NCBI GenBank assembly: GCA_964487615.1
Contig: CAZARM010000005.1
Span: 182-64,181, forward strand
DNA from: an uncultured Candidatus Saccharibacteria bacterium
Lineage (GTDB): Bacteria; Patescibacteriota; Saccharimonadia; Saccharimonadales; CAZARM01
DNA length: 64,000 nucleotides
Reading direction: 5' to 3'
Shown: positions 34,975-43,862 of the stretch, one piece after another
Position numbering within the stretch: the first letter of the stretch is position 1
Layout: every line of letters starts with the position of its first letter
Made by a program: the position numbers and the translations under genes
Notes under the pieces: model-generated
Told to the model about the DNA's origin: nothing
Seen by the model: only the letters and a program-made list of their open reading frames with translations
Database searches by the model: none

Positions 34975-35286
34975 ATGTTGTCACCAGAAGCTGGAGAACG
35001 GTTTGTATTGCGATCGCGTGGAACCTATTTTGATCTAGGCAGCGGTCAGTTAGTGCCAGCTGCCCACATATTCGGTGAATTCCAGGAACTTCCTACTGCA
35101 CTACAATGTGCTGAGGCATTGGCTGAAGCCGAAGACATCTTGGAATCAAAAAGACGAACAGGGATTCAATTAGGTGCTCCACTCTTGGAAAGAGAAATCC
35201 ACCCTTACCCAACCCAACTAGATGAGCCAATGCTCTTCTGGCAGGTTGCCGGAGTTGTTTCCGTGGAAGAAATACTCGCTGCCTGA
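34975..35286 (+). CDS. Hypothetical protein
   Basis: 103-aa ORF with a TATACT -10 and an AGGGAGAAG SD. No known domain. Confidence 0.5.
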   Translation: MLSPEAGERFVLRSRGTYFDLGSGQLVPAAHIFGEFQELPTALQCAEALAEAEDILESKRRTGIQLGAPLLEREIHPYPTQLDEPMLFWQVAGVVSVEEILAA

Positions 35287-35288
35287 AA

Positions 35289-36680
35289 CTAGTAGGCAGT
35301 ACCCTCCTGTTCGCGGCGGCGGTTTTCTTTGTTTCTCTCTTTGGTGGGGCTGCGACCGTGCTTGTGGGTCTCGTGTTTTTCAAAAAACCAAAAGCGAATG
35401 GGCGTGCCGCTAAACCCGTAGGATTGGCGCAGCTCGCGTTCCATGTAGCGTTTATAGCTCCAGTGCAGAAATTTGGTGTGAGCACCGTAAACCTTGAAGT
35501 TAGTCGGTTCTTGTTCTTCTTGGACGATATAGTTCAGTTTGGGCTGGCGGTTTTTAAGGCCGGCAGGTGGATGAGCATCGGTAATCTGGTGCAGCCAACG
35601 ATTCAGTTCGGTGGTTTTGACCCGTGTCTGGCGATTTTTCTCAATCTCCAAGATCAAATCAAATAGCTTGGTGACGTTTTGGCCGGTTTCGGAACTGGTG
35701 AATATTAATGGCGCCCATGGCACAAACTCATAGTTGTGTTTAATCTCAGGAGCCATGGCGTCACGGGTATAGGCGTCTTTTTCTAATGAGTCCCACTTGC
35801 TGACTACCAACACCATGCCCTTGCCGGCTTCTTTGACCAGTCCGGCAATCTTTTGGTCCAAACCAACGTTTAGCTCATTTGCGTCCATTAGCAGCAGTAC
35901 CACATCGGACTGTTCGATAGCTGCCAGGGAGCGGATAACAGAAAAGCGTTCAATACCCTGCCCGATTTTACCAGCCCGACGGATGCCAGCAGTGTCCATG
36001 AGTTCTATCTCGCGGCCCTCGTACTTGACGATGGCGCGGTTGACGTCGCGGGTGGTGCCCGCGCGATCAGCTACGATAGCTTGCTGCTTCTTGGCTAGAG
36101 AATTAAATAATGCCGACTTGCCAACGTTAGGTCGACCCAGGAGTGCCACATGGATACGATCATCATCGGCATGTAGCGTTGCGCGCGGAATGTCTTGTAG
36201 TAACCGCACCAGCAGATCTTCAATGCCACGGTTTTGGGTGGTGCTGGTTAGTAGTATCGGTTTAATGCCTAGGTTTTGGTAGTCCTCGGGGCTAGCTTTG
36301 GGCTTCTTGTCCTGCTTATTCACAACCAAGTAGACCGGTTTGCGGGATTTGAGTGCCATGGTGGCTACCCGGCGGTCTTCCTCTGTAATAATGGTGTTGG
36401 CTTCAATTACCACCCAGATAATGTCGGCGCTATCAGCCGCTTGGGTGATCTGCTCCTGAATGGTAAACTCAAAGTCGTCCTCGGCGTCTTTTATGCCGGC
36501 GGTGTCTACTAGCCAGAAGTGCTGGCCGTTGTACTCGGCCTTGGCGGTTATAGCGTCACGGGTAGTCCCGGCTTCGCGAGCCACAATCGCCTCACGTCGC
36601 TCCAAGATAGCGTTAAACAGAGACGATTTGCCAACATTGGCTCGTCCGACGATGGCTACGATCGGTAACTTTTTAGACAT
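35289..36680 (-). CDS. der: Ribosome-biogenesis GTPase Der (EngA)
   Basis: Two tandem GTPase domains (GRANVGKSS and GRPNVGKSA P-loops) plus a KH-like C-terminus with a basic tail. Confidence 0.95.
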   Translation of the reverse strand: MSKKLPIVAIVGRANVGKSSLFNAILERREAIVAREAGTTRDAITAKAEYNGQHFWLVDTAGIKDAEDDFEFTIQEQITQAADSADIIWVVIEANTIITEEDRRVATMALKSRKPVYLVVNKQDKKPKASPEDYQNLGIKPILLTSTTQNRGIEDLLVRLLQDIPRATLHADDDRIHVALLGRPNVGKSALFNSLAKKQQAIVADRAGTTRDVNRAIVKYEGREIELMDTAGIRRAGKIGQGIERFSVIRSLAAIEQSDVVLLLMDANELNVGLDQKIAGLVKEAGKGMVLVVSKWDSLEKDAYTRDAMAPEIKHNYEFVPWAPLIFTSSETGQNVTKLFDLILEIEKNRQTRVKTTELNRWLHQITDAHPPAGLKNRQPKLNYIVQEEQEPTNFKVYGAHTKFLHWSYKRYMERELRQSYGFSGTPIRFWFFEKHETHKHGRSPTKERNKENRRREQEGTAY

Positions 36681-36698
36681 GAGTAGTCGTTAATTCTA

Positions 36699-37358
36699 TC
36701 ATAATTCCTTGTATTTCGCAAGAGGCAGCACCCCTAATACGTAGTTGCCAAAGTGGGTGCGGTGTAGTTTTTTGACGTGGTAGCCTAAAGATTCAAATGT
36801 GCGACGGATTTGGCGGTTACGGCCCTCGCTCATCATCACTTTCCATTCCATTAGTTGATCATTAATTGCCTCCAATTGTAACCGGCTTTCACCGTCTTCC
36901 AGGCGCACCCCATCTCTGGTTATGTGGACAAAATCCTTGGGGCTTAAGTCTTTGTCTAAGCGGACCTTATAACGCTTCAATTTCTGGTGACTGGGATGAG
37001 TTAGCTCCTGAGCCAGGTCACCATCATTGGTCAGCAGCAGCAAGCCAGAAGAGTGTTTGTCTAGCCGTCCAACAGGCTTGAGGTTATGCAGTTCCGGGGG
37101 CAGCAAATCATACACCGTCTTATTGCCCTGCCCGTCCCTTGAGACAACGTAACCAACAGGCTTGTTGAGCATTATTGTGTGCAGACTCGTGGCCTGCTTG
37201 AGATCAATACCATTCAAGCTGACAATATCTTGAGGCTGAACTTCTTGGCCAAGTTCGGCTGAGTGGCCGTTAATTTGCACTCGACCTTCCTGGATGGCGC
37301 GATCAGCAGCCCGTCGACTGATACCGGTAGTAAGGGCGAGGTGTTTATTGAGACGCAT
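36699..37358 (-). CDS. Pseudouridine synthase, RsuA/RluB family (S4 domain + catalytic domain)
   Basis: N-terminal S4-like domain, catalytic motif GRLDKHSSGLLLLTNDG, and GRNRQIRR. Confidence 0.88.
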   Translation of the reverse strand: MRLNKHLALTTGISRRAADRAIQEGRVQINGHSAELGQEVQPQDIVSLNGIDLKQATSLHTIMLNKPVGYVVSRDGQGNKTVYDLLPPELHNLKPVGRLDKHSSGLLLLTNDGDLAQELTHPSHQKLKRYKVRLDKDLSPKDFVHITRDGVRLEDGESRLQLEAINDQLMEWKVMMSEGRNRQIRRTFESLGYHVKKLHRTHFGNYVLGVLPLAKYKEL

Positions 37359-37470
37359 ACAAGGAGTTTAAAGGGTAAAGATCAAACTATAAAGGCGATA
37401 TCATTTTATACTTCCAGCTTTTTACTTGGCCTATAGGGAGATGCTGTTGGGACCGGCGCTGGGGGCTGGG

Positions 37471-38451
37471 CTAGCGGGGGGTAGCCGCTGGAGGCGTTAC
37501 GTCAGGTTTAATAAGTTGACCGCTATTGAGTGGGGGGCTGGATTCATTAGCCGCTTCTTTGGCCAGGAGCTCACTTAAGTTGGGCTTGGAGCTAGGCGTG
37601 TTGAGTGGCTGGATAACGCGACGGTCAGAGCTGAAGCCACCACTTGATTCATGAGAATCGACGTCTTTAGGGGTGGACGGTTCTGGAGCTGAAGCAGTTG
37701 GTGAGGTGTTTTGTTTCTTGTCCATAATGTCATTGACCATGCCGGCCAGGTTGTCGGCGCGCTGGGCTGTAGAGTTTGTCCTGTCTAGATCAGCGTTGGA
37801 AGGCTCAACTATTAGCGGTGTGGCGCTTGGGGTTCGTTCAAATGACTTTACTTGTTGATCAACTTTGGCTGTCTCGGAGGCCGATGTTTGGGCTGGTGCG
37901 GAAGTATCATCTGCCGATGTGCTGATAGTACTAACTGGCTCGTCTGGTGTCGTAGACACAGGGATGGGCGTAATGGTGGCCGGAGCTGGCTTTGTGTTGT
38001 CAGTTTTTGGGCTGTCGGTAGCGGGAGCCGCCGGAGAGGTAGCCGGCTTGGGGCTGTCGGTAAGTGGCGAACCACCGGTGGTTTGATCGCCCAAGACTTC
38101 TCGGGTTACTTTAGCTACGTCCTCCAAGGTGACCTGGGATTTAACTAAGTAACGATCAGCACCAAGCTTCTCGGCCCTGGCCTTGTCTTCGGCTTGGGAA
38201 AGTGCGGTCATCATGATCACCTTGGTGTCTTTGGTTTCGGGAGTACTGCGTAGGATATCTAGCATATCAAAGCCACTGATTTTGGGCATCATGACGTCAG
38301 AAATAATCAGGTCAGGCTTCTCCTTGACAGCTAGAGCCAAGGCTTCTTCACCATCTTTGGCGGAGACAATTTCGTAACCTTCTGCGAGTAGTCTAGCCTC
38401 ATAAATCTCCCGTAGATTATTGTCGTCCTCAACCAGCATTATCTTCGCCAT
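37471..38451 (-). CDS. Response regulator: receiver domain plus about 200-aa Pro/Thr/Ser-rich disordered tail, no output domain
   Basis: IMLVEDDNNLREIY ... PDLIISDVMMPKISGFD ... VIMMTA ... YLVKS are intact REC motifs. The remainder is low complexity. Confidence 0.85.
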   Translation of the reverse strand: MAKIMLVEDDNNLREIYEARLLAEGYEIVSAKDGEEALALAVKEKPDLIISDVMMPKISGFDMLDILRSTPETKDTKVIMMTALSQAEDKARAEKLGADRYLVKSQVTLEDVAKVTREVLGDQTTGGSPLTDSPKPATSPAAPATDSPKTDNTKPAPATITPIPVSTTPDEPVSTISTSADDTSAPAQTSASETAKVDQQVKSFERTPSATPLIVEPSNADLDRTNSTAQRADNLAGMVNDIMDKKQNTSPTASAPEPSTPKDVDSHESSGGFSSDRRVIQPLNTPSSKPNLSELLAKEAANESSPPLNSGQLIKPDVTPPAATPR

Positions 38452-38476
38452 AGTGTCGGTATCCTTGAAGGTTCCT

Positions 38477-40291
38477 TTATGAAGTGCTTATGTTATTGGA
38501 TATTGTACCACGAGTGCCACTAATGTTAGCCGCGGCACTAGGGGTCAGGCTTGGCGCGGTAGGTATACTGCCACTCAGTGGGTCGGCAGCCTTCGTTTTT
38601 TGCATTGCCTCAGCTTTTTTAGTCTCAAGTCGCGGTAAGTTAATGAAGAATGAACTACCCTTGCCCACGACGCTTTCAACCCAAATGCGCCCCTTGTATA
38701 GTTCGACAATTTTGCGGCAGATGAAGAGCCCTAAGCCCGTGCCGCCAATCGTTCGCGTAGCCGATGTATCGACACGGTAGAACTTTTGGAAAAGATGTGG
38801 AATGTCATCGGCCGGGATACCAGGGCCAGTATCATGAACCGACAGTTGCACTACCTGGGCATTCCCCGTCAAGCCTATGGTAATCTTGCCCGTCTCAGTG
38901 TACTTAACAGCGTTGTCAAAGAGATTGGTGACAACTTCTCGCATGCGCTCTGGGTCAACGTAGGTGTAGTACAGCGGTTTTATCATCCGACCTCCCCCAA
39001 CTGCATTGGTCTCACCCTCGGAACCCAGCATGAAGTCTACCAGCAAACCTTTCTTCTCTGCCGCAAATCGCAAGCCTTCGGACAATTGTTCCAAATAACT
39101 GCCCATTTCGACGACACTGGGGTGGCTGACTAGGCGCCCGTCTTCTGTCTTAGCACTTGTTAGAAGATCCTGGAAGAGCGTACCTAGGGCTTGGGTACTG
39201 GAGTGGGCCTTCTCTAAGAAGCCGCGGGCTTTTTGATCTACATGGCTAACTCGGTCGTTTAACGCCAAGGCCAAGTAGCCTTCAATGGCTGCCACTGGGG
39301 TGCGCATTTCGTGACTAGCAGTGCTAATAAAATCAGCACTGCGGCGCTCCTCGGCCCTAGAAACGCTAACATCTCGGATGACCGCCACGGCTCCAATAGG
39401 TGCTTTGGCCTTAGGCAATATTACCGGTGAAACTACAAGCGATACGATCATGGTTTTTTGGTTGCGGCCGACCAGCTGTAACACCATATTGACTTGCTTC
39501 TCCTCATTTAGCACCTGCTTTATAGGGTCCTCGCGGAGATCCAGAGGTTTGCCATCCTCACGGTTGAGCTTGAGGACCGTCTCTACGTCTATACCGGTGG
39601 CTTCTTCAATACTCCACTCTGTCATGGCCGCTGCCGCGGGGTTCAGCAAGTTGATTTTGCCGTCAGTACCAATCAGGATGATGCCGTCAGAGATTGAGTT
39701 TATTAGGATCTCTGACTGCAAGCGGTTGCCCTTGAGCTGGCCGGACAACTGGGCGATTTTAGAGCTTTCTTGTGTAACGTACATCCGGCGCCAAAAGAAG
39801 TAACTCACGATGCCCAGCGCAATAATACCGACAGTAACCTCAATACTGAATGGCTCGTAGGTAAACCGTCCGGGAACTTCTGTAATAATAAGCAGTAGGT
39901 ACATCAGGCTCAAGAAACAAAAGCCAGCAGTCGCAAACCCGCTAAACATCCCACTAAATAGCACTACCACCAGCCAGAGCAAGTTATACCAGGAATGAAG
40001 CCGACCAGTGCCGTTGATTAGGATAACGATATTGAACATAAACATGAAGTTCACTATCATGGTGGCGCCAAATAGGCCAATCTTCTCTTTGATCAGCTTG
40101 TAACCCCCCAGAATGTATACGAGCTCAAAGGCAGCCAAAAATAGGGTCACATACGACAAGCCTGAGCGGGCGCCAATGCTGCCGAGACCTGGCACAGCTA
40201 ACACCAAAATGCTGCCCAACAATAAGATACCGGATAACAGAGTTACCGCCCGGGTGTAGCCTTCGTACCAACGGTCAGAAACAAATTGCAT
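38477..40291 (-). CDS. Membrane sensor histidine kinase (multi-TM, PAS, HisKA, HATPase_c)
   Basis: About 6 TM helices. PAS-like DGIILIGTDGKINLLNPAA. H box STASHEMRTPVAAI. N box NLFDNAVKYT. G boxes DTGPGI and GGTGLGL. Confidence 0.92.
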   Translation of the reverse strand: MQFVSDRWYEGYTRAVTLLSGILLLGSILVLAVPGLGSIGARSGLSYVTLFLAAFELVYILGGYKLIKEKIGLFGATMIVNFMFMFNIVILINGTGRLHSWYNLLWLVVVLFSGMFSGFATAGFCFLSLMYLLLIITEVPGRFTYEPFSIEVTVGIIALGIVSYFFWRRMYVTQESSKIAQLSGQLKGNRLQSEILINSISDGIILIGTDGKINLLNPAAAAMTEWSIEEATGIDVETVLKLNREDGKPLDLREDPIKQVLNEEKQVNMVLQLVGRNQKTMIVSLVVSPVILPKAKAPIGAVAVIRDVSVSRAEERRSADFISTASHEMRTPVAAIEGYLALALNDRVSHVDQKARGFLEKAHSSTQALGTLFQDLLTSAKTEDGRLVSHPSVVEMGSYLEQLSEGLRFAAEKKGLLVDFMLGSEGETNAVGGGRMIKPLYYTYVDPERMREVVTNLFDNAVKYTETGKITIGLTGNAQVVQLSVHDTGPGIPADDIPHLFQKFYRVDTSATRTIGGTGLGLFICRKIVELYKGRIWVESVVGKGSSFFINLPRLETKKAEAMQKTKAADPLSGSIPTAPSLTPSAAANISGTRGTISNNISTS

Positions 40292-40417
40292 TCTTTTACT
40301 TTTTGTCGTTTGTCCTTATGCTTGATTCAGGGTAAATTATACCTCAAAGTTGACTGTTTTACGAGAGGCTGAATGGACAGTTCATCTCTGTTATGGTAGT
40401 ATTTTGCGGTCTGACGA

Positions 40418-40492
40418 GGCCTTATCGTCTAACGGTTAGGACACCAGGTTCTCATCCTGGCAATCCGGGTTCGATTCCCGGTAAGGTCACCA
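40418..40492 (+). tRNA. tRNA-Glu (anticodon CUC), CCA encoded
   Basis: Manual cloverleaf: acceptor GGCCUUA/UAAGGUC; anticodon stem CCAGG/CCUGG with loop UUCUCAU; T arm CCGGG-UUCGAUU-CCCGG. Confidence 0.93.
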
Positions 40493-40559
40493 ACCATAAC
40501 TTTATGACTTTATGAGATTCAAGTTCTATGATCTTGAATCTGTTATTCTGATTAATTAT

Positions 40560-41105
40560 ATGATAACAATAGTATTTGAACCTCATGCCACAACTATCGA
40601 CAACGAGGCGCATCTGGCATCTGGCTGGAATGATATCGCCCTTTCTGAGCTGGGGCAACGCCAAGCTAAAGAATTGGGCCAGCGCTATGAACTGAGTGAT
40701 TTTGATGCGATTTTCGCCTCCGATTTGGAGCGAGCTTACCAAACCGCAATTCTTGCGTTTGATATTGATCCTAAAAAGCTATTTATCGATTGGCGACTTC
40801 GGGAATGCGATTATGGTGAACTCACCCAGCATTCTAAATCAGAAGTGGAACCGGCGAAGGGCAAGCATATTTCAATTCCCTTTCAAAACGGGGAGAGTTA
40901 TGAGCAGTCTACCGAGCGCATATTATCCTTTTTGCAAGACTTGATGCGATCCCACGACGATAAGAAGGTTATGATTATCGGACATCGAGCAACCCAATAC
41001 GGACTTGAGCACTTGATAAATGGAGTACCTCTAGTTAATGCGGTTACTGCACCCTGGAAATGGCAACCGGGCTGGACTTACGATTTACGTGAGCTTCCTG
41101 GGTAA
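40560..41105 (+). CDS. Histidine-phosphatase (PGAM-like) family protein, variant active-site motif
   Basis: IVFEPHATTIDN aligns to the RHGxTxxN motif with Pro at the Arg position. GHRATQYGLE (second His) is present. Start chosen at ATG 40560. Confidence 0.6.
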   Translation: MITIVFEPHATTIDNEAHLASGWNDIALSELGQRQAKELGQRYELSDFDAIFASDLERAYQTAILAFDIDPKKLFIDWRLRECDYGELTQHSKSEVEPAKGKHISIPFQNGESYEQSTERILSFLQDLMRSHDDKKVMIIGHRATQYGLEHLINGVPLVNAVTAPWKWQPGWTYDLRELPG

Positions 41106-41114
41106 CCACACTTC

Positions 41115-42440
41115 TCAAGTGGCTTTTACTTTTGGTAGTTCCTGCCAGTTGGTGGTGTAGAGGGGGCTGCGGAGGTTGTAGATGGGTCTCCAGGCTTCGC
41201 CCAGGCCTTCGGCGGCTAAACGGATGGTACGGCGGCCGAAGCGGTCATTGATGTGGTCCAGGGCTTGCATGCGCCGAGAGGCTTTGCCGTGAGCAGGAAC
41301 GTCCACGCAGCCGAACAGATCAGTTTGTAACACTGCTGCTGGCACGAAATCATACAGCAGTACGCCTGCCCGGTGATATTTGACCGCTGGATTGTACAAC
41401 TGGCTAAATAAATCGTTCATGGTCTGGGCAATCAAGCCGGTATCGGCCGTTGGTACGTCAAACACTACTTCCTTGCTCCAGCGTCGGTAGCCAGGCTTAT
41501 GTTTATTAGTCGTTACAAATATACCGGCTCGACGCGTTAACTGCTGGCTTTCCCTTAGGCGGTGACTGGCCTGGGAGGTGAAGGTGGCCAGAGCGGCCTC
41601 TACGGCGTGGGCGTTGCCGGTATCGTGGCCAAAGGTGCGGGTGCGGGCAATGCTCTTGCGGACTTTGCCCTCTACCTCCAGGGCGTGACAGCTTACGCCG
41701 TTGAGCTCAGCCACTAGCTGACGACCCAGGATACCCATCAAGCTCTGGGCGCGCCGGGGCGAAAGCTGGCAAAGTTGCTCAGCTGTCGAAATTCCCTCAC
41801 CCCGCAATCTTGGCGCCAGCCTCCACCCAATCCCCCACACCTCCTCCACTGGCGTAGTCTCCAGCCACATGTGAGAGGTCCGTCCTCTCACACTAGCCGT
41901 GAGTAGTGGTGTTTGTGAGAGGTCCGTCCTCTCACAAAAAGAGAGGACGCCGTCTAGTTCGGGGTCTTTTTTGGCCCTGTCGGAAGCTAGCTTAGCCAGG
42001 GTTTTGGTGGGCGCGATGCCAATTGACACTGGCATACCTATCCACTTGAATATCCGGCGCTGGACCTCGCGCCCCCAAGCGGTGTAATCAGTAATCGGTA
42101 GCTCCGAGAGATCCAAGAAGCACTCATCTACCGAATAAACTTCAATTCTAGGCGTAATGGTCGTCAGCAGTTCGATAATCCGGCGCGATATGTCGCCGTA
42201 CAGCTCGAAGTTAGCGCTAAACTGCACTACCCCGTAGTCTTTGAATAATTGCCGGTACTTGAAAGCCGGCGCCGCCATGCGTATACCCAAGGCCTTAGCC
42301 TCATTGGACCGAGCCACGGCGCAACCATCATTACTAGATAACACCACAACGGGTTGGCCTTCCAGGTCAGGCCGAAAGACCCTCTCGCAGGATACAAAAA
42401 AGTTGTTGCAGTCAATCAGAGCAAACAGTGGTTTCTTCAT
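41115..42440 (-). CDS. umuC: Y-family translesion DNA polymerase, UmuC-like
   Basis: FALIDCNNFFVSCERVFRPDLEGQPVVVLSSNDGCAVARSNEAKALGI is near-collinear with the E. coli UmuC N-terminus. EEVWGIG motif present. Confidence 0.9.
   Translation of the reverse strand: MKKPLFALIDCNNFFVSCERVFRPDLEGQPVVVLSSNDGCAVARSNEAKALGIRMAAPAFKYRQLFKDYGVVQFSANFELYGDISRRIIELLTTITPRIEVYSVDECFLDLSELPITDYTAWGREVQRRIFKWIGMPVSIGIAPTKTLAKLASDRAKKDPELDGVLSFCERTDLSQTPLLTASVRGRTSHMWLETTPVEEVWGIGWRLAPRLRGEGISTAEQLCQLSPRRAQSLMGILGRQLVAELNGVSCHALEVEGKVRKSIARTRTFGHDTGNAHAVEAALATFTSQASHRLRESQQLTRRAGIFVTTNKHKPGYRRWSKEVVFDVPTADTGLIAQTMNDLFSQLYNPAVKYHRAGVLLYDFVPAAVLQTDLFGCVDVPAHGKASRRMQALDHINDRFGRRTIRLAAEGLGEAWRPIYNLRSPLYTTNWQELPKVKAT
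41870..41892. repeat. 23-bp palindromic element TGTGAGAGGTCCGTCCTCTCACA, copy 1 (inside umuC)
   Basis: 9-bp arms TGTGAGAGG/CCTCTCACA with a 5-nt centre. Identical to the copies at 41914 and 50018. Confidence 0.9.
41914..41936. repeat. 23-bp palindromic element, copy 2 (inside umuC)
   Basis: Exact 23/23 match, 21 bp from copy 1. Read in a different codon phase from copy 1. Confidence 0.9.
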
Positions 42441-42524
42441 CGTTTCCTCGGTCTATAGAGCCCTAGCTCCAGGCACCACAAAACAAATGCGTCCCAGGTA
42501 GAGACTAAAAGTGTAAGTTTGGCG

Positions 42525-42884
42525 TCAGGCTGCTTCATTTGGCGCGTCCTGGCTGACATATTGGTGGATGGCAGTAGTCACGACACCCCAGCACTGACTG
42601 CCACTAGGCAAGCTGGCCCTGTGCCCCAGGACAAAGCTGTCACCTTCCCACCAGATGATCAAATCGTTTTTGCGGGGCGTCAGCACGCGGTCGATAATCA
42701 AGACGTCATTATGGAAAATGCCAAACTCCCGCCAGGTGTTGCCTTCTATGCGCATGTAGAACGTGCCAATGGAGTGTTGCACCAGGTATTTGTTGAGGTC
42801 AATCCCCTGCAAAGTGGTGTCTGATCCAGGATTTGGAAAGCCAGCGTGTACCGAGACTCCCTGGGGGCTGCTATATACAGTCAT
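42525..42884 (-). CDS. umuD: UmuD-like S24 peptidase-fold protein with substituted catalytic residues
   Basis: VHAGFPNPGSD aligns to UmuD VQCGFPSPAADY. GNTW replaces the GDSM nucleophile motif. No Lys at the FTVKK position. Lies directly upstream of umuC. Confidence 0.7.
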   Translation of the reverse strand: MTVYSSPQGVSVHAGFPNPGSDTTLQGIDLNKYLVQHSIGTFYMRIEGNTWREFGIFHNDVLIIDRVLTPRKNDLIIWWEGDSFVLGHRASLPSGSQCWGVVTTAIHQYVSQDAPNEAA

Positions 42885-42895
42885 GGTCCGGGTCC

Positions 42896-43144
42896 TTATG
42901 CGGACTCAAGACCGAGCAGTGTCCACTGATCGTTCTCTTGCTTTAGGCGATAGTTGGTTAGGCCGTCAGTCATGTTAAATAGTTTGAAAGCGTGCTGGCC
43001 GCTCTGCACTAGCAGCTGCAAGCCAGATTTGAAGCTGAATTGTTGGTCATCTAAGGTAATACGGGCTGGGAAAGATTTGAAGGTACGGCCCTTGGCAAAG
43101 TAGTAAGAGGTTACTTCTACGGGGCGGTTGATCTGCTTAGTCAT
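42896..43144 (-). CDS. Hypothetical small protein, first gene of the umuD-like/umuC operon
   Basis: 82 aa from ATG 43144, which has an AGGAG SD 8 nt upstream. The track start 43192 lies inside the promoter. No known domain. Confidence 0.5.
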   Translation of the reverse strand: MTKQINRPVEVTSYYFAKGRTFKSFPARITLDDQQFSFKSGLQLLVQSGQHAFKLFNMTDGLTNYRLKQENDQWTLLGLESA

Positions 43145-43163
43145 ATCGATACTCCTGTCATTT

Positions 43164-43192
43164 TTATAAGTAGAACTAGAAAAGGCCGTCAA
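43164..43192 (-). promoter_or_regulatory. Sigma-70-type promoter (TTGACG-N17-TTATAA) for the 43144-41115 operon
   Basis: On the minus strand, TTGACG is 43192-43187 and TTATAA is 43169-43164. Confidence 0.5.
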
Positions 43193-43457
43193 AGAAATAC
43201 TTCTTAGCGGCGAACGGATTAATTAAGGCTTAGCGCCTAAATAAGTGACCTGGAGTCGTAAGTACAAACCGTTCGATTGTCTTACCTGACAGGAAACTTG
43301 GAGTAGATATGCGGCTTGCAGGGACCGAAGTGTGCTAACCGAGATGTGTATAAAGCCTGCGTGCTATGCCCTATCAAATGACGGGGTCATGCTCCCATGA
43401 CTAATAAACAGTATACTCCCAAGCTACTAATGCTTGGCAATAGCAACTTCGTAGATT

Positions 43458-43859
43458 TTACAAGTTTAGTTGTTGGACGAATTCTACTAGCTGGCGGGGG
43501 GTGATCTCGGCTTTGATGATGTAGCCGTCGGCCTGTTTCTCGATTGAGGCACGGCCTTCCTCGCCCTGCTCCAGGTTGGTAGTGATAATAACTTTGGCGT
43601 GCAGCTTGGGAGTTTCCTGGGGGTCACGCAAGCGGCGTAGCACCTCAGTGCCAGTCATGTTGGGGATCATAATGTCCAACAGCACCAGGTCATACACATC
43701 AGTCTGAGCTTCTTTGAGCCCTTCGGCTCCGTCAACAACGACTTTGACCTCGTAGCCGGCCTTGGTTAGGGCTCGGACGTATAGTTCACTGATAAAATGC
43801 TCATCCTCGATGCAAAGTATTTTTTTGCCGGTATGTACTGGTTTTGTGGTTTCGTCCAT
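43458..43859 (-). CDS. Single-domain response regulator (CheY-like receiver)
   Basis: ILCIEDEHF ... DLVLLDIMIPNMTG ... VIITT ... GYIIK are intact REC motifs. 133 aa. Confidence 0.88.
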   Translation of the reverse strand: MDETTKPVHTGKKILCIEDEHFISELYVRALTKAGYEVKVVVDGAEGLKEAQTDVYDLVLLDIMIPNMTGTEVLRRLRDPQETPKLHAKVIITTNLEQGEEGRASIEKQADGYIIKAEITPRQLVEFVQQLNL

Positions 43860-43862
43860 ATC

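Noticed and set aside
40452-40742. Track ORF of 96 aa on the minus strand.
   Set aside because: It overlaps tRNA-Glu and the start of the histidine-phosphatase gene. There is no SD. It is spurious.
43193-43457. LexA/SOS (Cheo) box upstream of the umuD-like operon: CGAACGG at 43210 and CCGTTCG at 43269.
   Set aside because: The half-sites are about 50 bp apart and lie upstream of the -35. There is no GAAC-N4-GTTC dyad overlapping the promoter. This is insufficient evidence for an SOS operator.
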